Positions 26,550-36,008 are shown, numbered from the stretch's first letter. The stretch is 63,724 nucleotides of DNA from a bacterium CG10_46_32 (GCA_001889965.1 MOEI01000028.1:1-63724), one strand, 5' to 3'. The notes: generated by a model from the letters alone, not told the origin. Program-made: numbers and translations.

Positions 26550-28173
26550 CACCAAGTACCTATTTGTAGTTGGAGGGGTGATGAGTTCCGTTGGCAAGGG
26601 CATCGCGAGCGCATCTATTGGAAAAATTCTACAATCACGCGGCTTTAGCGTCTCCATCATCAAGTGTGATATGTACGTAAATATTGATGCTGGCACCATG
26701 CGCCCCACAGAGCATGGTGAAGTTTTTGTTGGAGACGATGGCATTGAGGCGGACCAGGATTTAGGGACCTACGAGCGATTTGTGGATCAAATTTCTACAC
26801 GCAACCACTACATCACCACTGGGCAGGTATATCAGGAGGTCATCCGCCGCGAGCGGAACCTTGAATACAAGGGCGAGGACGTGGAAGTGGTGCCAGATAT
26901 CCCCAATGAAATTTTGCGGCGCATCAACTTGGTGGTTAAAAAAGAAAAGAGCGATTTCGTTATCGTGGAAATAGGCGGCACCGTAGGAGAGTACCAAAAC
27001 GTGTTATTTTTGGAGGCGGCGCGCATGATGAAGTTTAAGCACAAGAACGACGTGCTGTTTGTGTTGGTTTCTTATTTGCCTATTCCTCCTATGGTTGGAG
27101 AAATGAAGTCAAAGCCAACCCAGTATGCGGCGCGTACCTTAAACAGTGCAGGCATTCAGGCGGATTTTATTATTTGCCGAAGCGAGCGCTCCTTGGATCA
27201 CAAGCGCAGGGATAAAATTGCAACATTCTGCAATGTGAACGCAGAAAATGCCATTTCCGCGCCGGACGTGAGTTCGGTGTACGATGTGCCTGTTAATTTT
27301 ATAAAAGAAAAGCTTGATGAAAAGATTCTTAAAGCGTTCGGTATAAAGCCCAAGAGTCGCGACATGAAAGAATGGCGTGCCTTAGCAAAGAAAATCAAGC
27401 GCCTAAAGCGTGAAGTTAAAATTGCAGTAGTTGGCAAGTACTTTGGAACTGGAGATTTTGAGCTGGCTGATTCCTACATCAGCGTTATAGAGGCCGCAAA
27501 GCACGCTGCCTGGGGGCAGAATGTGAAACCGAATTTTACTTGGGTTGATTCCGAAGAGTACGAAAAAGATCCTAAAAAAGTCAAAGAGCTTTCTGCTTTT
27601 GATGGAGTTATTGTGCCCGGTGGGTTTGGTACGCGCGGCATTGAAGGAATCATCTCAGCCATTAAGCATGTGCGTACCAATACTATTCCGTATTTAGGTT
27701 TGTGCTATGGCATGCAGCTTGCCACTATTGAGTTTGCCCGAAATGTGGCCAAGATAAAAGGCGCTACTTCAACCGAGCAAAATCCAGAGGCAAAGCATCA
27801 GGTTATTCACATTATGCCGGACCAAGAAAAGAAATTACTCGCAAAGGATTATGGTGCCAGTATGCGGCTCGGGAGTTGGCCGTGCAAGCTCAAAAAAGGC
27901 ACCAAGGCACAGAAAGCCTATGCCAAGAGCCGTGTTGATGAGCGCCATAGGCATCGCTATGAATTCAACAATGCTTACCGCAAGCGATTGGAGGCTTCGG
28001 GGCTTGTTGTTTCTGGAGTGAGCCCGGATAACCACATTGTAGAAATTATTGAGCTTCCAAAGCATCCGTTTTTTGTGGGAGTGCAGTTCCATCCAGAGTT
28101 TAAATCTCGCCCGCATAAGCCGCATCCGCTGTTTAAGGAATTTGTACGAGCGAGCTTGAAGAAAAGGAAATAG
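26533..28173 (+). CDS. pyrG: CTP synthase
   Basis: KYLFVVGGVMSSVGKGI N-terminus and the GLCYGMQ glutaminase Cys motif. The true start may be the ATG at 26542. Confidence 0.95.
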   Translation: MRAMNNTKYLFVVGGVMSSVGKGIASASIGKILQSRGFSVSIIKCDMYVNIDAGTMRPTEHGEVFVGDDGIEADQDLGTYERFVDQISTRNHYITTGQVYQEVIRRERNLEYKGEDVEVVPDIPNEILRRINLVVKKEKSDFVIVEIGGTVGEYQNVLFLEAARMMKFKHKNDVLFVLVSYLPIPPMVGEMKSKPTQYAARTLNSAGIQADFIICRSERSLDHKRRDKIATFCNVNAENAISAPDVSSVYDVPVNFIKEKLDEKILKAFGIKPKSRDMKEWRALAKKIKRLKREVKIAVVGKYFGTGDFELADSYISVIEAAKHAAWGQNVKPNFTWVDSEEYEKDPKKVKELSAFDGVIVPGGFGTRGIEGIISAIKHVRTNTIPYLGLCYGMQLATIEFARNVAKIKGATSTEQNPEAKHQVIHIMPDQEKKLLAKDYGASMRLGSWPCKLKKGTKAQKAYAKSRVDERHRHRYEFNNAYRKRLEASGLVVSGVSPDNHIVEIIELPKHPFFVGVQFHPEFKSRPHKPHPLFKEFVRASLKKRK

Positions 28174-28178
28174 AAACT

Positions 28179-28253
28179 AAAAACACCCTGCCAAAACCGG
28201 GTTCCCGCAAGTCCGCGAAGCGGACGAGTGGGTGGACTAGGCAGGGTGTTTTG
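28179..28253. terminator. Bidirectional terminator between convergent pyrG and rpmA
   Basis: AAACACCCTGCC...GGCAGGGTGTTT outer stem enclosing a GTCCGCGAAGCGGAC hairpin. A-tract upstream and T-tract downstream. Confidence 0.7.
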
Positions 28254-28262
28254 ATACTGGAG

Positions 28263-28550
28263 TTATTTTGAGACTACCGCAACGACGTTCACTTCCACGC
28301 GCTGTTTCAAATTTCCATCGTAGCCGCGTTTCATTTTTTTCTTAAAGAGTACTGCGCCTTCTTTAATCGCGAACATGCTGTCGTCTTTAGAGCGTTTTAC
28401 ATTTTCACCGGCAAAGTAGCGGGTGCCGCGTTGGCGTACGATAATAGCGCCTGCTTGCGCAAATTCTCCGCCATAAAGCTTAACGCCTAGACGTTGTCCT
28501 TTTGAGTCTCGTAAATTACTAGTTGATCCTCCTGCTTTTTTATGTGCCAT
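28263..28550 (-). CDS. rpmA: 50S ribosomal protein L27
   Basis: [28 protein letters not shown] is the canonical L27 N-terminus. Confidence 0.95.
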   Translation of the reverse strand: MAHKKAGGSTSNLRDSKGQRLGVKLYGGEFAQAGAIIVRQRGTRYFAGENVKRSKDDSMFAIKEGAVLFKKKMKRGYDGNLKQRVEVNVVAVVSK

Positions 28551-28698
28551 GTCGTCTAAAGCGCGCTTCAGGTTCCGTATCCTGCTTATGTAGGCTACTT
28601 CACCTTTCGCACGCTTTCTCCTCTCGATTTTTCGCTTAACTTCGCCTACGGCTCAGCCCAAGTAAAAAATCGAACATATAGATATAAATAATAAAAAC

Positions 28699-28727
28699 AG
28701 TATAACTCAAACTATAGCTTTGGTCAA
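28699..28727 (-). promoter_or_regulatory. Candidate sigma70 promoter for rpmA
   Basis: The minus strand reads TTGACC-17 nt-TATACT. This predicts a ~140-nt leader before rpmA. Confidence 0.45.
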
Positions 28728-28749
28728 GAGCCAAAAAAAGTGGTATAAT
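28721..28749 (+). promoter_or_regulatory. Candidate extended -10 promoter giving a leaderless or near-leaderless mRNA for 28757
   Basis: TGGTCA-17 nt-TATAAT with TG at the extended -10 position. The -10 ends 7 nt before the ATG. Its -35 overlaps the rpmA -35 on the other strand. Confidence 0.4.
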
Positions 28750-28756
28750 TGGGGCT

Positions 28757-29266
28757 ATGGTAGATATCTTAAAATCAAAAGAAACACCAAAAATCACGAA
28801 TGAATCTGTTGAGCACGTTTTGGCGCCGCAGCCTGAAATTCGTGAGCCTGAGCCTCGTCGCGAAGAACAAGAGGCTCGGACAGGACGGTCAAAGGAAAAG
28901 CCTCAAGCCAGCCAACTTCCTTCGGTAAGCCAGCATATACGTCCACTTACAGAACGAGTTCCAACGCCCGCTACCAAGTCCGAGCGTTTGATTGATATTG
29001 AAAAAATTATGTCCGAAGGATTGGGAGAAATTTTTGTGTCCTTGCCGCCGGAGGTTAAGGCAACAGTTAAGTATGAGGGAGAACTTGCTGCTCACAAAAT
29101 TGAAATGCTTATTGAGCGCAGCGCATCAATTGGCAAAACAGTACTTTCTATCCTGCGGGCGTGGCTTTCAAAAATTCCTGGGGTTAACAAGTTTTTTTTG
29201 GAACAGGAATCAAAAAGAAAGACTGATAAAATTATTGCAATCGCGATTAAAACACGCGGAGAGTAG
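28757..29266 (+). CDS. Hypothetical protein (charged/Pro-rich N-terminal half, helical C-terminal half)
   Basis: 169-aa ORF ending 2 nt before the VirD4-like ATPase gene. No family recognised. Confidence 0.7.
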   Translation: MVDILKSKETPKITNESVEHVLAPQPEIREPEPRREEQEARTGRSKEKPQASQLPSVSQHIRPLTERVPTPATKSERLIDIEKIMSEGLGEIFVSLPPEVKATVKYEGELAAHKIEMLIERSASIGKTVLSILRAWLSKIPGVNKFFLEQESKRKTDKIIAIAIKTRGE

Positions 29267-29268
29267 TT

Positions 29269-31737
29269 ATGTCATTTACCTACCTTGTCCTTGGTATTAG
29301 TATTTTGCTTCTTATTCCGATCACTTTTATTGTGAGGATGTTTACGCGCAAAATGTATAATCGTTTTAATCCATTTGAAATGGTTACCTTGCGCGTGCTT
29401 TTGCCCAAAGAGTCGCTTGAAGTAGAAGGAGTAAACCAGCAAAAAGAGGTTCGCCAACTTATTGCGCCCATTGAATCGTTTATGTCGAACCTCGCTGGGT
29501 TGCGCGCAGAGCGAGGGTGGAATGCATTTTGGTTTGGGAGGCGCGACCATTTTGCATTTGAAATTGTTGCGGACGATGGTGTTATTTCTTTTTATATTAC
29601 GGTTCCGCAGGATCTGAGGCAGTTTGTGGAGCAACAGATTCAATCTCAATCTCCGGATGCGTATATTGAAGAGCGGGAAGATTATAATATTTTTAGTCCC
29701 CAAAGCGCGATTGCCGGGCTTTCTCTTGGATTTAAAAAATCGTACTATTTTCCCATCCAAACGTATCAGGAAATGGAATTTGATCCGTTAAACGGCCTTA
29801 CAAATTCTCTTTCTAAATTTCGTGATCCAGAGAATGGGGGAGCGGCAATTCAGTTTGTGGTGCGTAGCGCCCATCCGAAGTGGCATGCCGCAGCTTCCAG
29901 GCTTGCCCGCGAAGTCCGGACTGGAAAAAAACTTTCAGATGCCGTAAAAATTGTGAGTGGCAATCCATTTAATGTTGCGCTCCGCGCGGTGATGTCCGCA
30001 GGAACAAAAAAATCAGAAGAACGTGAGCGATTAAATCGCCAACAGCAGACGCTTTCTCAGTTCGACGAAGAAGCGCTTTCTCGCATACAGGGAAAAAGCG
30101 CAAAGAGCGCTTTTGAGGTAAATATCCGTATTGTAGTGGCCGCACAAAATGAATCAATCGCAAACTCAAGCCTTTCCGCGATTGCGGATTCATTCAGCCA
30201 GTATGGGGGCTATGAGTATTCTAATGGATTTATTCGAAATAAGCCGCGCAACCTTACTGCATTTTTAAATGATTTTATTTATCGCAATTTTAAGGAGCGC
30301 GGTCAACTTATTTTAAACACCGTGGAAATGGCATCGGTGTTCCATTTTCCCTTGCCTACAGCCGAGACCCCGAATATTTTGTGGCTTTCCTCAAAACAAG
30401 CTGCTGCCCCAGTGAATATGCCGACTCAAGGGCTTGTGCTTGGGCATAATGTGTATCGCGGAGACGATACCGTGGTGCGCATTAAGGAGGGTGATAGAAG
30501 GCGGCATGCATATATCATTGGAAAATCAGGCTCTGGAAAATCCGTGCTTATCGCGAATATGGCAAAGCAGGATATTGAGGCAGGCCACGGAGTATGCGTT
30601 ATTGATCCGCATGGTGACTTAGTTGATACCGTGCTTTCGTATGTTCCAGAGAATCGCATGAAGGATGTTATCTACTTTGATCCAAGCGACACCGATCGGC
30701 CCATGGGGCTTAATATGCTTGAGTACAAGGATGATTCGCAGAAGGATTTCGTGGTGCAGGACATGATTCGTATTTTCGAGAAATTGTTTCCACCTGAGGT
30801 TATCGGCCCTATGTTTGAGCACAATATGCGTAACGTAATGTTGACGTTGATGGCAGACAAAGAACATCCAGGCACTATTGTGGATATTCCACGCATGTTT
30901 ACGGATCCAGAATTCCAAAAGTACAAGGTTTCAAAGCTGGTGGATCCAAACGTTCGTTCGTTTTGGGAGCAGGAAATGGCAAAGACCAGTGATTTTCATA
31001 AGTCTGAAATGCTTGGGTACCTTATTTCAAAAGTTGGTAGGTTCGTGGAAAACGAAATGCTCCGCAACATCATCGGCCAGCCAACAAGTGCATTTGATTT
31101 TAGGGATGTAATGGATAACAAAAAAATTCTGCTTATCAATCTCGCAAAAGGGAAAACCGGAGAGGTTAATAGTTCGTTGCTCGGTTTAATTATTGTGTCA
31201 AAATTACAGATGGCTGCTATGACGCGGGCTGAACTGCCAGAGAGCGAGCGCCATGATTTTTATTTGTATATCGACGAGTTCCAGAATTTTGTTACCGATT
31301 CAATTGCCACTATTCTTTCTGAGGCGCGCAAATATCGGCTTGATCTTATTATTTCGCACCAGTACGTTGGCCAGCTTGTTGATTCAAAAGGAAACACTAA
31401 TATCCGTGATGCGGTGTTCGGGAACGTAGGTACTATTATTTCTTTTAAGATAGGCGTTGAGGATGCGGAAATGATCGCCAAGGAGTTTGCTCCCGTATTT
31501 AATGAGTATGATGTGATTAATATTGATAAGTATCAGGCATACATCAAGCTGTTGATTGACAATGCTTCGGCAAAGCCGTTCCAGATATCAACCTATCCTC
31601 CTGAACCTGGAAACTCAGCCCTTGCTACGGCCATCAAAGAATATGCGCGCAACACCTATGGAGTGAGCAGAGCAGATGTTGAAGCTAACATTGTGGAGAG
31701 CTTCCAATTAGAAAAAAAAGCAGAAGCATCAGAGTAG
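29269..31737 (+). CDS. VirD4/TraG/TraD-like (type IV coupling protein-like, FtsK/HerA superfamily) membrane-anchored P-loop ATPase
   Basis: 822 aa with an N-terminal TM helix. Walker A IIGKSGSGKSV followed by CVIDPHGDL, Walker B FYLYIDEFQNF, then RKYRLDLIISHQY. Confidence 0.8.
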   Translation: MSFTYLVLGISILLLIPITFIVRMFTRKMYNRFNPFEMVTLRVLLPKESLEVEGVNQQKEVRQLIAPIESFMSNLAGLRAERGWNAFWFGRRDHFAFEIVADDGVISFYITVPQDLRQFVEQQIQSQSPDAYIEEREDYNIFSPQSAIAGLSLGFKKSYYFPIQTYQEMEFDPLNGLTNSLSKFRDPENGGAAIQFVVRSAHPKWHAAASRLAREVRTGKKLSDAVKIVSGNPFNVALRAVMSAGTKKSEERERLNRQQQTLSQFDEEALSRIQGKSAKSAFEVNIRIVVAAQNESIANSSLSAIADSFSQYGGYEYSNGFIRNKPRNLTAFLNDFIYRNFKERGQLILNTVEMASVFHFPLPTAETPNILWLSSKQAAAPVNMPTQGLVLGHNVYRGDDTVVRIKEGDRRRHAYIIGKSGSGKSVLIANMAKQDIEAGHGVCVIDPHGDLVDTVLSYVPENRMKDVIYFDPSDTDRPMGLNMLEYKDDSQKDFVVQDMIRIFEKLFPPEVIGPMFEHNMRNVMLTLMADKEHPGTIVDIPRMFTDPEFQKYKVSKLVDPNVRSFWEQEMAKTSDFHKSEMLGYLISKVGRFVENEMLRNIIGQPTSAFDFRDVMDNKKILLINLAKGKTGEVNSSLLGLIIVSKLQMAAMTRAELPESERHDFYLYIDEFQNFVTDSIATILSEARKYRLDLIISHQYVGQLVDSKGNTNIRDAVFGNVGTIISFKIGVEDAEMIAKEFAPVFNEYDVINIDKYQAYIKLLIDNASAKPFQISTYPPEPGNSALATAIKEYARNTYGVSRADVEANIVESFQLEKKAEASE

Positions 31738-31795
31738 CTCTTTTGTATTTTAGTATTTTGTGCTATACTGTTTTTGTAATAAAAATCAAAATAAA

Positions 31796-32416
31796 ATGGC
31801 AAATACAAACCAAATTGCATTACTACAACAGATGATTCAGCGCGCGCAGAAGCAGATAGAGACTGCGCAATCCATGCTGGAAAAGGTTCAATCAGGAGAG
31901 CATGTGGATATCTCAGGGCTTACGTCTACACCCCGGCCAGCGCGCGCAAGTTCGCAAGAGGAAGGCGAGGTAGTGGAAGGCATGTTTGACGGAGTGCAGA
32001 TGTACGGCAACGACGGAAAAGGATACTCCATACCTCCGAACTATGCTTCCAAATCAAAGCTTGTTGAAGGCGACATTTTAAAGCTCACTATTTTGAATGA
32101 TGGGTCGTTTTTGTACAAGCAAATTGGTCCCGTAGAGCGTAAGCGCGTTCGTGGAGCATTGATGCAGGATGATGATACTGGCGAGTACACGGTTATGGCC
32201 GGCGGCAATTCTTACAAAGTGCTTTCCGCATCCATTACATACTTTAAAGGCGAGGTCGGGGATGAGGTTGTTATTTTAGTCCCATCAGATAAGCAGTCGC
32301 ACTGGGCGGCTGTGGAAAACATCATCAAGCAGTTAGAATCGGGCAATCATGCAGAAAGCTCGGCATCCAAAGAGTACGCGGATCCCCTGGATAAGGCAAC
32401 CTCAGATTTACTCTAA
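31796..32416 (+). CDS. Hypothetical protein (N-terminal coiled coil, C-terminal beta-rich domain)
   Basis: The ATG at 31796 lies downstream of a TGCTATACT extended -10-like box. 206 aa, followed by a terminator at 32450. Confidence 0.7.
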   Translation: MANTNQIALLQQMIQRAQKQIETAQSMLEKVQSGEHVDISGLTSTPRPARASSQEEGEVVEGMFDGVQMYGNDGKGYSIPPNYASKSKLVEGDILKLTILNDGSFLYKQIGPVERKRVRGALMQDDDTGEYTVMAGGNSYKVLSASITYFKGEVGDEVVILVPSDKQSHWAAVENIIKQLESGNHAESSASKEYADPLDKATSDLL

Positions 32417-32449
32417 TTATTCGTTGAATCATATTGGATTTATTTTACT

Positions 32450-32479
32450 AAGCCGCACCTTGATTGGTGCGGCTTTTTT
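32450..32479 (+). terminator. Rho-independent terminator
   Basis: AGCCGCACC / GGTGCGGCT stem, then TTTTTT. Confidence 0.8.
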
Positions 32480-32494
32480 AGGTACACTGTTCAT

Positions 32495-34150
32495 ATGACA
32501 TTGTACCGAACCTACCGTCCAAAAACATTTAAGGAAGTTGTTGGCAGGGATGCTATTAAGCATATCCTTACTGAACAGCTAAAGACCAAAACACTTACGC
32601 ATGCGTATTTATTTTCGGGTATCCGAGGAACAGGAAAAACTACGTTAGCGCGTTTACTTGCAAAGGCCGCGAATTGTTCTAGCCTCGATCAAGCTACTGG
32701 AGAGCCGTGCAACGAATGCGCTTCTTGTGTTGCCGTAAACAGCGGAACCAGCCAGGATCTTGTGGAGATTGATGCCGCATCCAACCGTAGGATTGAGGAA
32801 ATTAGGCAGCTGCGCGAACACATTAAATACGTTCCCGCGAATTCTTTGTACAAGGTGTACATTATCGACGAAGTGCACATGCTTACGCGCGAGGCATTTA
32901 ACGCGCTTTTAAAAACACTAGAAGAGCCTCCAGCTCATGCGATATTTATCCTCGCAACCACGGAGTTGGAAAAAATTCCCGACACTATTTTTTCCCGCTG
33001 TCAGCATTTTAGTTTTGGTAGGGTGCCGCTCAAAGAGATTCAAGAGCGCTTACATGCGCTTCTTGCTGCAGAAAAAGTTAATATGGATGCATCGGTCGTG
33101 CTTGCTATCGCGCGCCGGAGCTCTGGATCGTTACGGGACGCAGAAAGCTTGCTTGGGCAGATTCTTTCTATAGGCAAAACTGAGATCACCGCTAATGATG
33201 CAAGCTTGTTTTTGCCTAAAGCGCCATTTGTGGAAACTATTAGTTTTTTATCTGCGATCATTTCGCGTGATGCAAAACAGGCGCTAGAGCTTTTGTCTTC
33301 TCTTGAGGAACAGGGGATTAATTTTGCATTTTTTATGGATACGTGCCTAGAGTATGCAAGACACCTGTTGCTTTTTGGCGCAACCAATGATGCCAATCGG
33401 CTTGCATTGTATTTTTCTACGGACGAGATAACAGAAATTCAAGCGCTTGTAGGGCGTGCGGATCAAAATCGTTTGCGCGAAATTACCGTTGAACTTCTTA
33501 AGGCGAGCCATGATCTTTCGATTGTGCCCGATATCCCTTCTTTGGCGTTTGAACTTGTTACCGTATTGTTGTGTGCCGAGAAGAAGGTATCTGTTGTAGC
33601 TCAAGCGCAGGAGACGCCAAAAAAAGAACTTTCTAAAACAAAAACAATTGAACCTTCGGCGGCTGTGGATTTTTCGCGCGCCAGTGTGTTGCCTGAAGAT
33701 GTTGCGCCTATTGCAGAAGCGCAACCCGAACGATTAGTTTCTGTTGCTCCTGAATCAGCTCTACCTGTATCTATCACACCAAAAGGAGGTGCGCATTCAT
33801 TGGAAGAGATTTTAGACGGTTGGGGAGAGGTTTTGGCAAAGGCACGGGATAAAAACCATGCTCTCAATTTTGTACTTGGCGTTTCCGAACCCATTGGCAT
33901 ATCCGGAAATATCCTTGAGCTTGGGTTTAAGTTTAGGCTCCAGCAAGAAAAGGTTTCAGAGATGAAAAATCGAGAGATAGTTGAAACAATTATAAAAGAG
34001 GTGTATGGTACTTCATACCGTATTTCTCCGACTTTAAAAGAGTCTCTACGGCCCCACAAGAGCGCTGAAGTACACCAGCCTGCGCCACAAGAGGATAATC
34101 TATTAAAAGCCGCGTTAGAAGTGTTCGAAGGCGCGGAAGTACTCAATTAG
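32495..34150 (+). CDS. dnaX: DNA polymerase III subunit gamma/tau
   Basis: YRPKTFKEVVGRD, GIRGTGKTTLARLLAK Walker A, the CNECASC zinc module, IIDEVHML and SRCQHF sensor motifs. Confidence 0.95.
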   Translation: MTLYRTYRPKTFKEVVGRDAIKHILTEQLKTKTLTHAYLFSGIRGTGKTTLARLLAKAANCSSLDQATGEPCNECASCVAVNSGTSQDLVEIDAASNRRIEEIRQLREHIKYVPANSLYKVYIIDEVHMLTREAFNALLKTLEEPPAHAIFILATTELEKIPDTIFSRCQHFSFGRVPLKEIQERLHALLAAEKVNMDASVVLAIARRSSGSLRDAESLLGQILSIGKTEITANDASLFLPKAPFVETISFLSAIISRDAKQALELLSSLEEQGINFAFFMDTCLEYARHLLLFGATNDANRLALYFSTDEITEIQALVGRADQNRLREITVELLKASHDLSIVPDIPSLAFELVTVLLCAEKKVSVVAQAQETPKKELSKTKTIEPSAAVDFSRASVLPEDVAPIAEAQPERLVSVAPESALPVSITPKGGAHSLEEILDGWGEVLAKARDKNHALNFVLGVSEPIGISGNILELGFKFRLQQEKVSEMKNREIVETIIKEVYGTSYRISPTLKESLRPHKSAEVHQPAPQEDNLLKAALEVFEGAEVLN

Positions 34151-34158
34151 TCTACTGT

Positions 34159-34232
34159 TCGGGGATCGTCTAATGGTAGGACATCAGGTTCTGGACCTGA
34201 GAATCGGGGTTCGAGCCCCTGTCCCCGAGCCA
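34159..34232 (+). tRNA. tRNA-Gln (anticodon CTG), CCA encoded
   Basis: Hand-folded cloverleaf: acceptor TCGGGGA/TCCCCGA, D stem GTCT/GGAC, anticodon stem TCAGG/CCTGA with loop TTCTGGA, T arm CGGGG-TTCGAGC-CCCTG. U1-A72 and G73 are typical of tRNA-Gln. Confidence 0.9.
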
Positions 34233-34251
34233 CGCATTAATCAAAAATTAT

Positions 34252-35058
34252 ATGAATCAGGTTCAAGAGACCTTTAGGAGCTTCCAGGGAGGGAAGATTA
34301 TTAAGCGTGCCTTGTATACACTTGTTGTGTTGATTTTACTTTTTTCAAGCTTTGGAACCGTGGGAGCAGGCGAACGCGGAGTATTGCTGCAGTTTGGAGC
34401 TGTGCAGGATAAAGTGTTTGGCGAGGGATTATATTTTAAAATTCCATTCATCCAGCATGTTGTTACAGTGGATGTTAAAATCCAAAAAGATGAGATTCCC
34501 GCTACCGCATCATCAAAAGATTTGCAGGTAGTCACTTCGCGTATCGCGCTCAACTATCACTTGCTTCCGGATTCCGTAAACCTTATTTGGAAAGAAGTGG
34601 GTAAGGACTATAACATTCGCGTTATTGCGCCCGCAATCCAGGAGGCGGTAAAAGCAACCACTGCCAAGTTTACGGCAGAAGAGCTTGTTACTAAGCGCGA
34701 GGAAGTAAAAGAAGAAATTAAATCAAATCTCGCGGAGCGTTTGCTTACCCGTTCTATTGTAGTGGATGAATTTAATATTATTGATTTTGATTTTTCACGC
34801 GCCTTTAACGAGGCCATCGAGCAGAAGGTGACCGCAGAACAATTAAAGCTCAAAGCAGAGCGTGATTTGGAGCGCATTGTAATCGAAAAAGAACAACAGA
34901 TCAGGCAAGCCGAAGGTAAGGCTCAGGCCATAACTATTGAGGCTCAAGCCCTACGGATTAATCCGGGTGTCATTCAGCTTCGGTGGGTGGAGAAGTGGGA
35001 TGGCAAAGCTCCACAGTACTGGGGTAGTGTAAGTCCTTTCTTCGGGCTCAATCAATAA
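34252..35058 (+). CDS. SPFH/band-7 (prohibitin/HflC-like) membrane protein
   Basis: N-terminal TM helix. GERGVLLQFGAV...GEGLYFKIPFIQHV and a C-terminal coiled coil (AEQLKLKAERDLERI) are typical of the prohibitin family. Confidence 0.9.
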   Translation: MNQVQETFRSFQGGKIIKRALYTLVVLILLFSSFGTVGAGERGVLLQFGAVQDKVFGEGLYFKIPFIQHVVTVDVKIQKDEIPATASSKDLQVVTSRIALNYHLLPDSVNLIWKEVGKDYNIRVIAPAIQEAVKATTAKFTAEELVTKREEVKEEIKSNLAERLLTRSIVVDEFNIIDFDFSRAFNEAIEQKVTAEQLKLKAERDLERIVIEKEQQIRQAEGKAQAITIEAQALRINPGVIQLRWVEKWDGKAPQYWGSVSPFFGLNQ

Positions 35059-35062
35059 ACGT

Positions 35063-35098
35063 AAAAAAAGGAGTCCCAATGAGGGGACTCCTTTTTTT
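35063..35098. terminator. Bidirectional rho-independent terminator
   Basis: AAAAAAAGGAGTCCC-loop-GGGACTCCTTTTTTT. Confidence 0.8.
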
Positions 35099-35144
35099 GG
35101 TACCGTTCTAAAAGTTGGTATTCTCGTATGATATAATGTTATAT

Positions 35145-35705
35145 ATGAAAAAAAGATGTTCTTGGGGTGAGGGCAATGCATTGATGGTAGCGTATCATGA
35201 TAAAGAGTGGGGTAAGCCTGTCCACAATGATAGACTACTTTTTGAGTTCCTCATTTTGGAAGGGTTTCAAGCGGGGTTGAGTTGGTCCACCATTTTAAAT
35301 AAGCGAGAAAATTTTAGAAAAGCGTTTGATAATTTTGATTACAAAAAAATTGCAAAATATAATAATAAAAAAGTCGCGTCCTTACTAAAATATGAAGGAA
35401 TTGTTCGTAATAGATTAAAAGTTGCAGCTACAATAATCAACGCAAAAGCATATCTCGCAACTCAAAAGGAATGTGGAAGTTTTGATACATATATATGGCA
35501 ATTTGTTTCTGGTACGCCTAAGAAAAATAAATGGAAAGCCATGTCCCACATTCCAGCTACCTCAAAGGAATCAGATGCTTTGAGCTTGGATTTAAAAAAG
35601 AGGGGATTTAAATTTGTTGGTTCTACGATTATGTACGCTCATATGCAGGCAGTTGGAATGGTGAACGACCACCTTACAACTTGTTTTAGATATAACGAAG
35701 TTTAA
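35145..35705 (+). CDS. tag: DNA-3-methyladenine glycosylase I
   Basis: MKKRCSWGEGNALMVAYHDKEWGKPVHNDRLLFEFLILEGFQAGLSWSTIL is the Tag signature. Visibly AT-rich gene. Confidence 0.93.
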   Translation: MKKRCSWGEGNALMVAYHDKEWGKPVHNDRLLFEFLILEGFQAGLSWSTILNKRENFRKAFDNFDYKKIAKYNNKKVASLLKYEGIVRNRLKVAATIINAKAYLATQKECGSFDTYIWQFVSGTPKKNKWKAMSHIPATSKESDALSLDLKKRGFKFVGSTIMYAHMQAVGMVNDHLTTCFRYNEV

Positions 35706-35759
35706 AAAAAAGAGCCCGTACCACCCAAAGAGGAGAGGGGTGGCACGGGCTTACTGCAC

Positions 35760-36008
35760 ATGGTCAAACATACTCCTCTTAGCTGGAACGAGGAGCATGA
35801 TTTTGCTGGCCGCATCAAAGCCGGCGATACCGAAGCGCGGAACCAACTGGTGCTCGCGAACATGCGGTTTGGCTTGCGGATGGCCCGCCAATGGCACGAA
35901 ACGAACAGCCACATTCCGTATAGCGAGTTCCTGAGTGCCGCACATTGCGTGCTCCTGGAGGCCGCAGACCGGTTCGACGGCACCCGCGGATTCAGGTTTA
36001 TCTCCTAG
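35760..36008 (+). pseudogene. Truncated sigma-70-family fragment (regions 1.2-2.2 only)
   Basis: The 82-aa ORF (IKAGDTEARNQLVLANMRFGLRMARQW...LLEAADRFDGTRGFRFIS) stops where sigma factors continue with F-S/T-TYA. An intrinsic terminator starts at the stop codon. Confidence 0.55.

Noticed and set aside
33601-34146. 181-aa antisense ORF inside dnaX. Similar long antisense ORFs occur at 89..484, 21442..21894, 39398..39934, 40148..40603 and 51095..51562.
   Set aside because: Each fully overlaps a well-supported CDS on the other strand. Their composition is low-complexity or Ser/Arg-rich, and they have no start signals. These are typical shadow ORFs.
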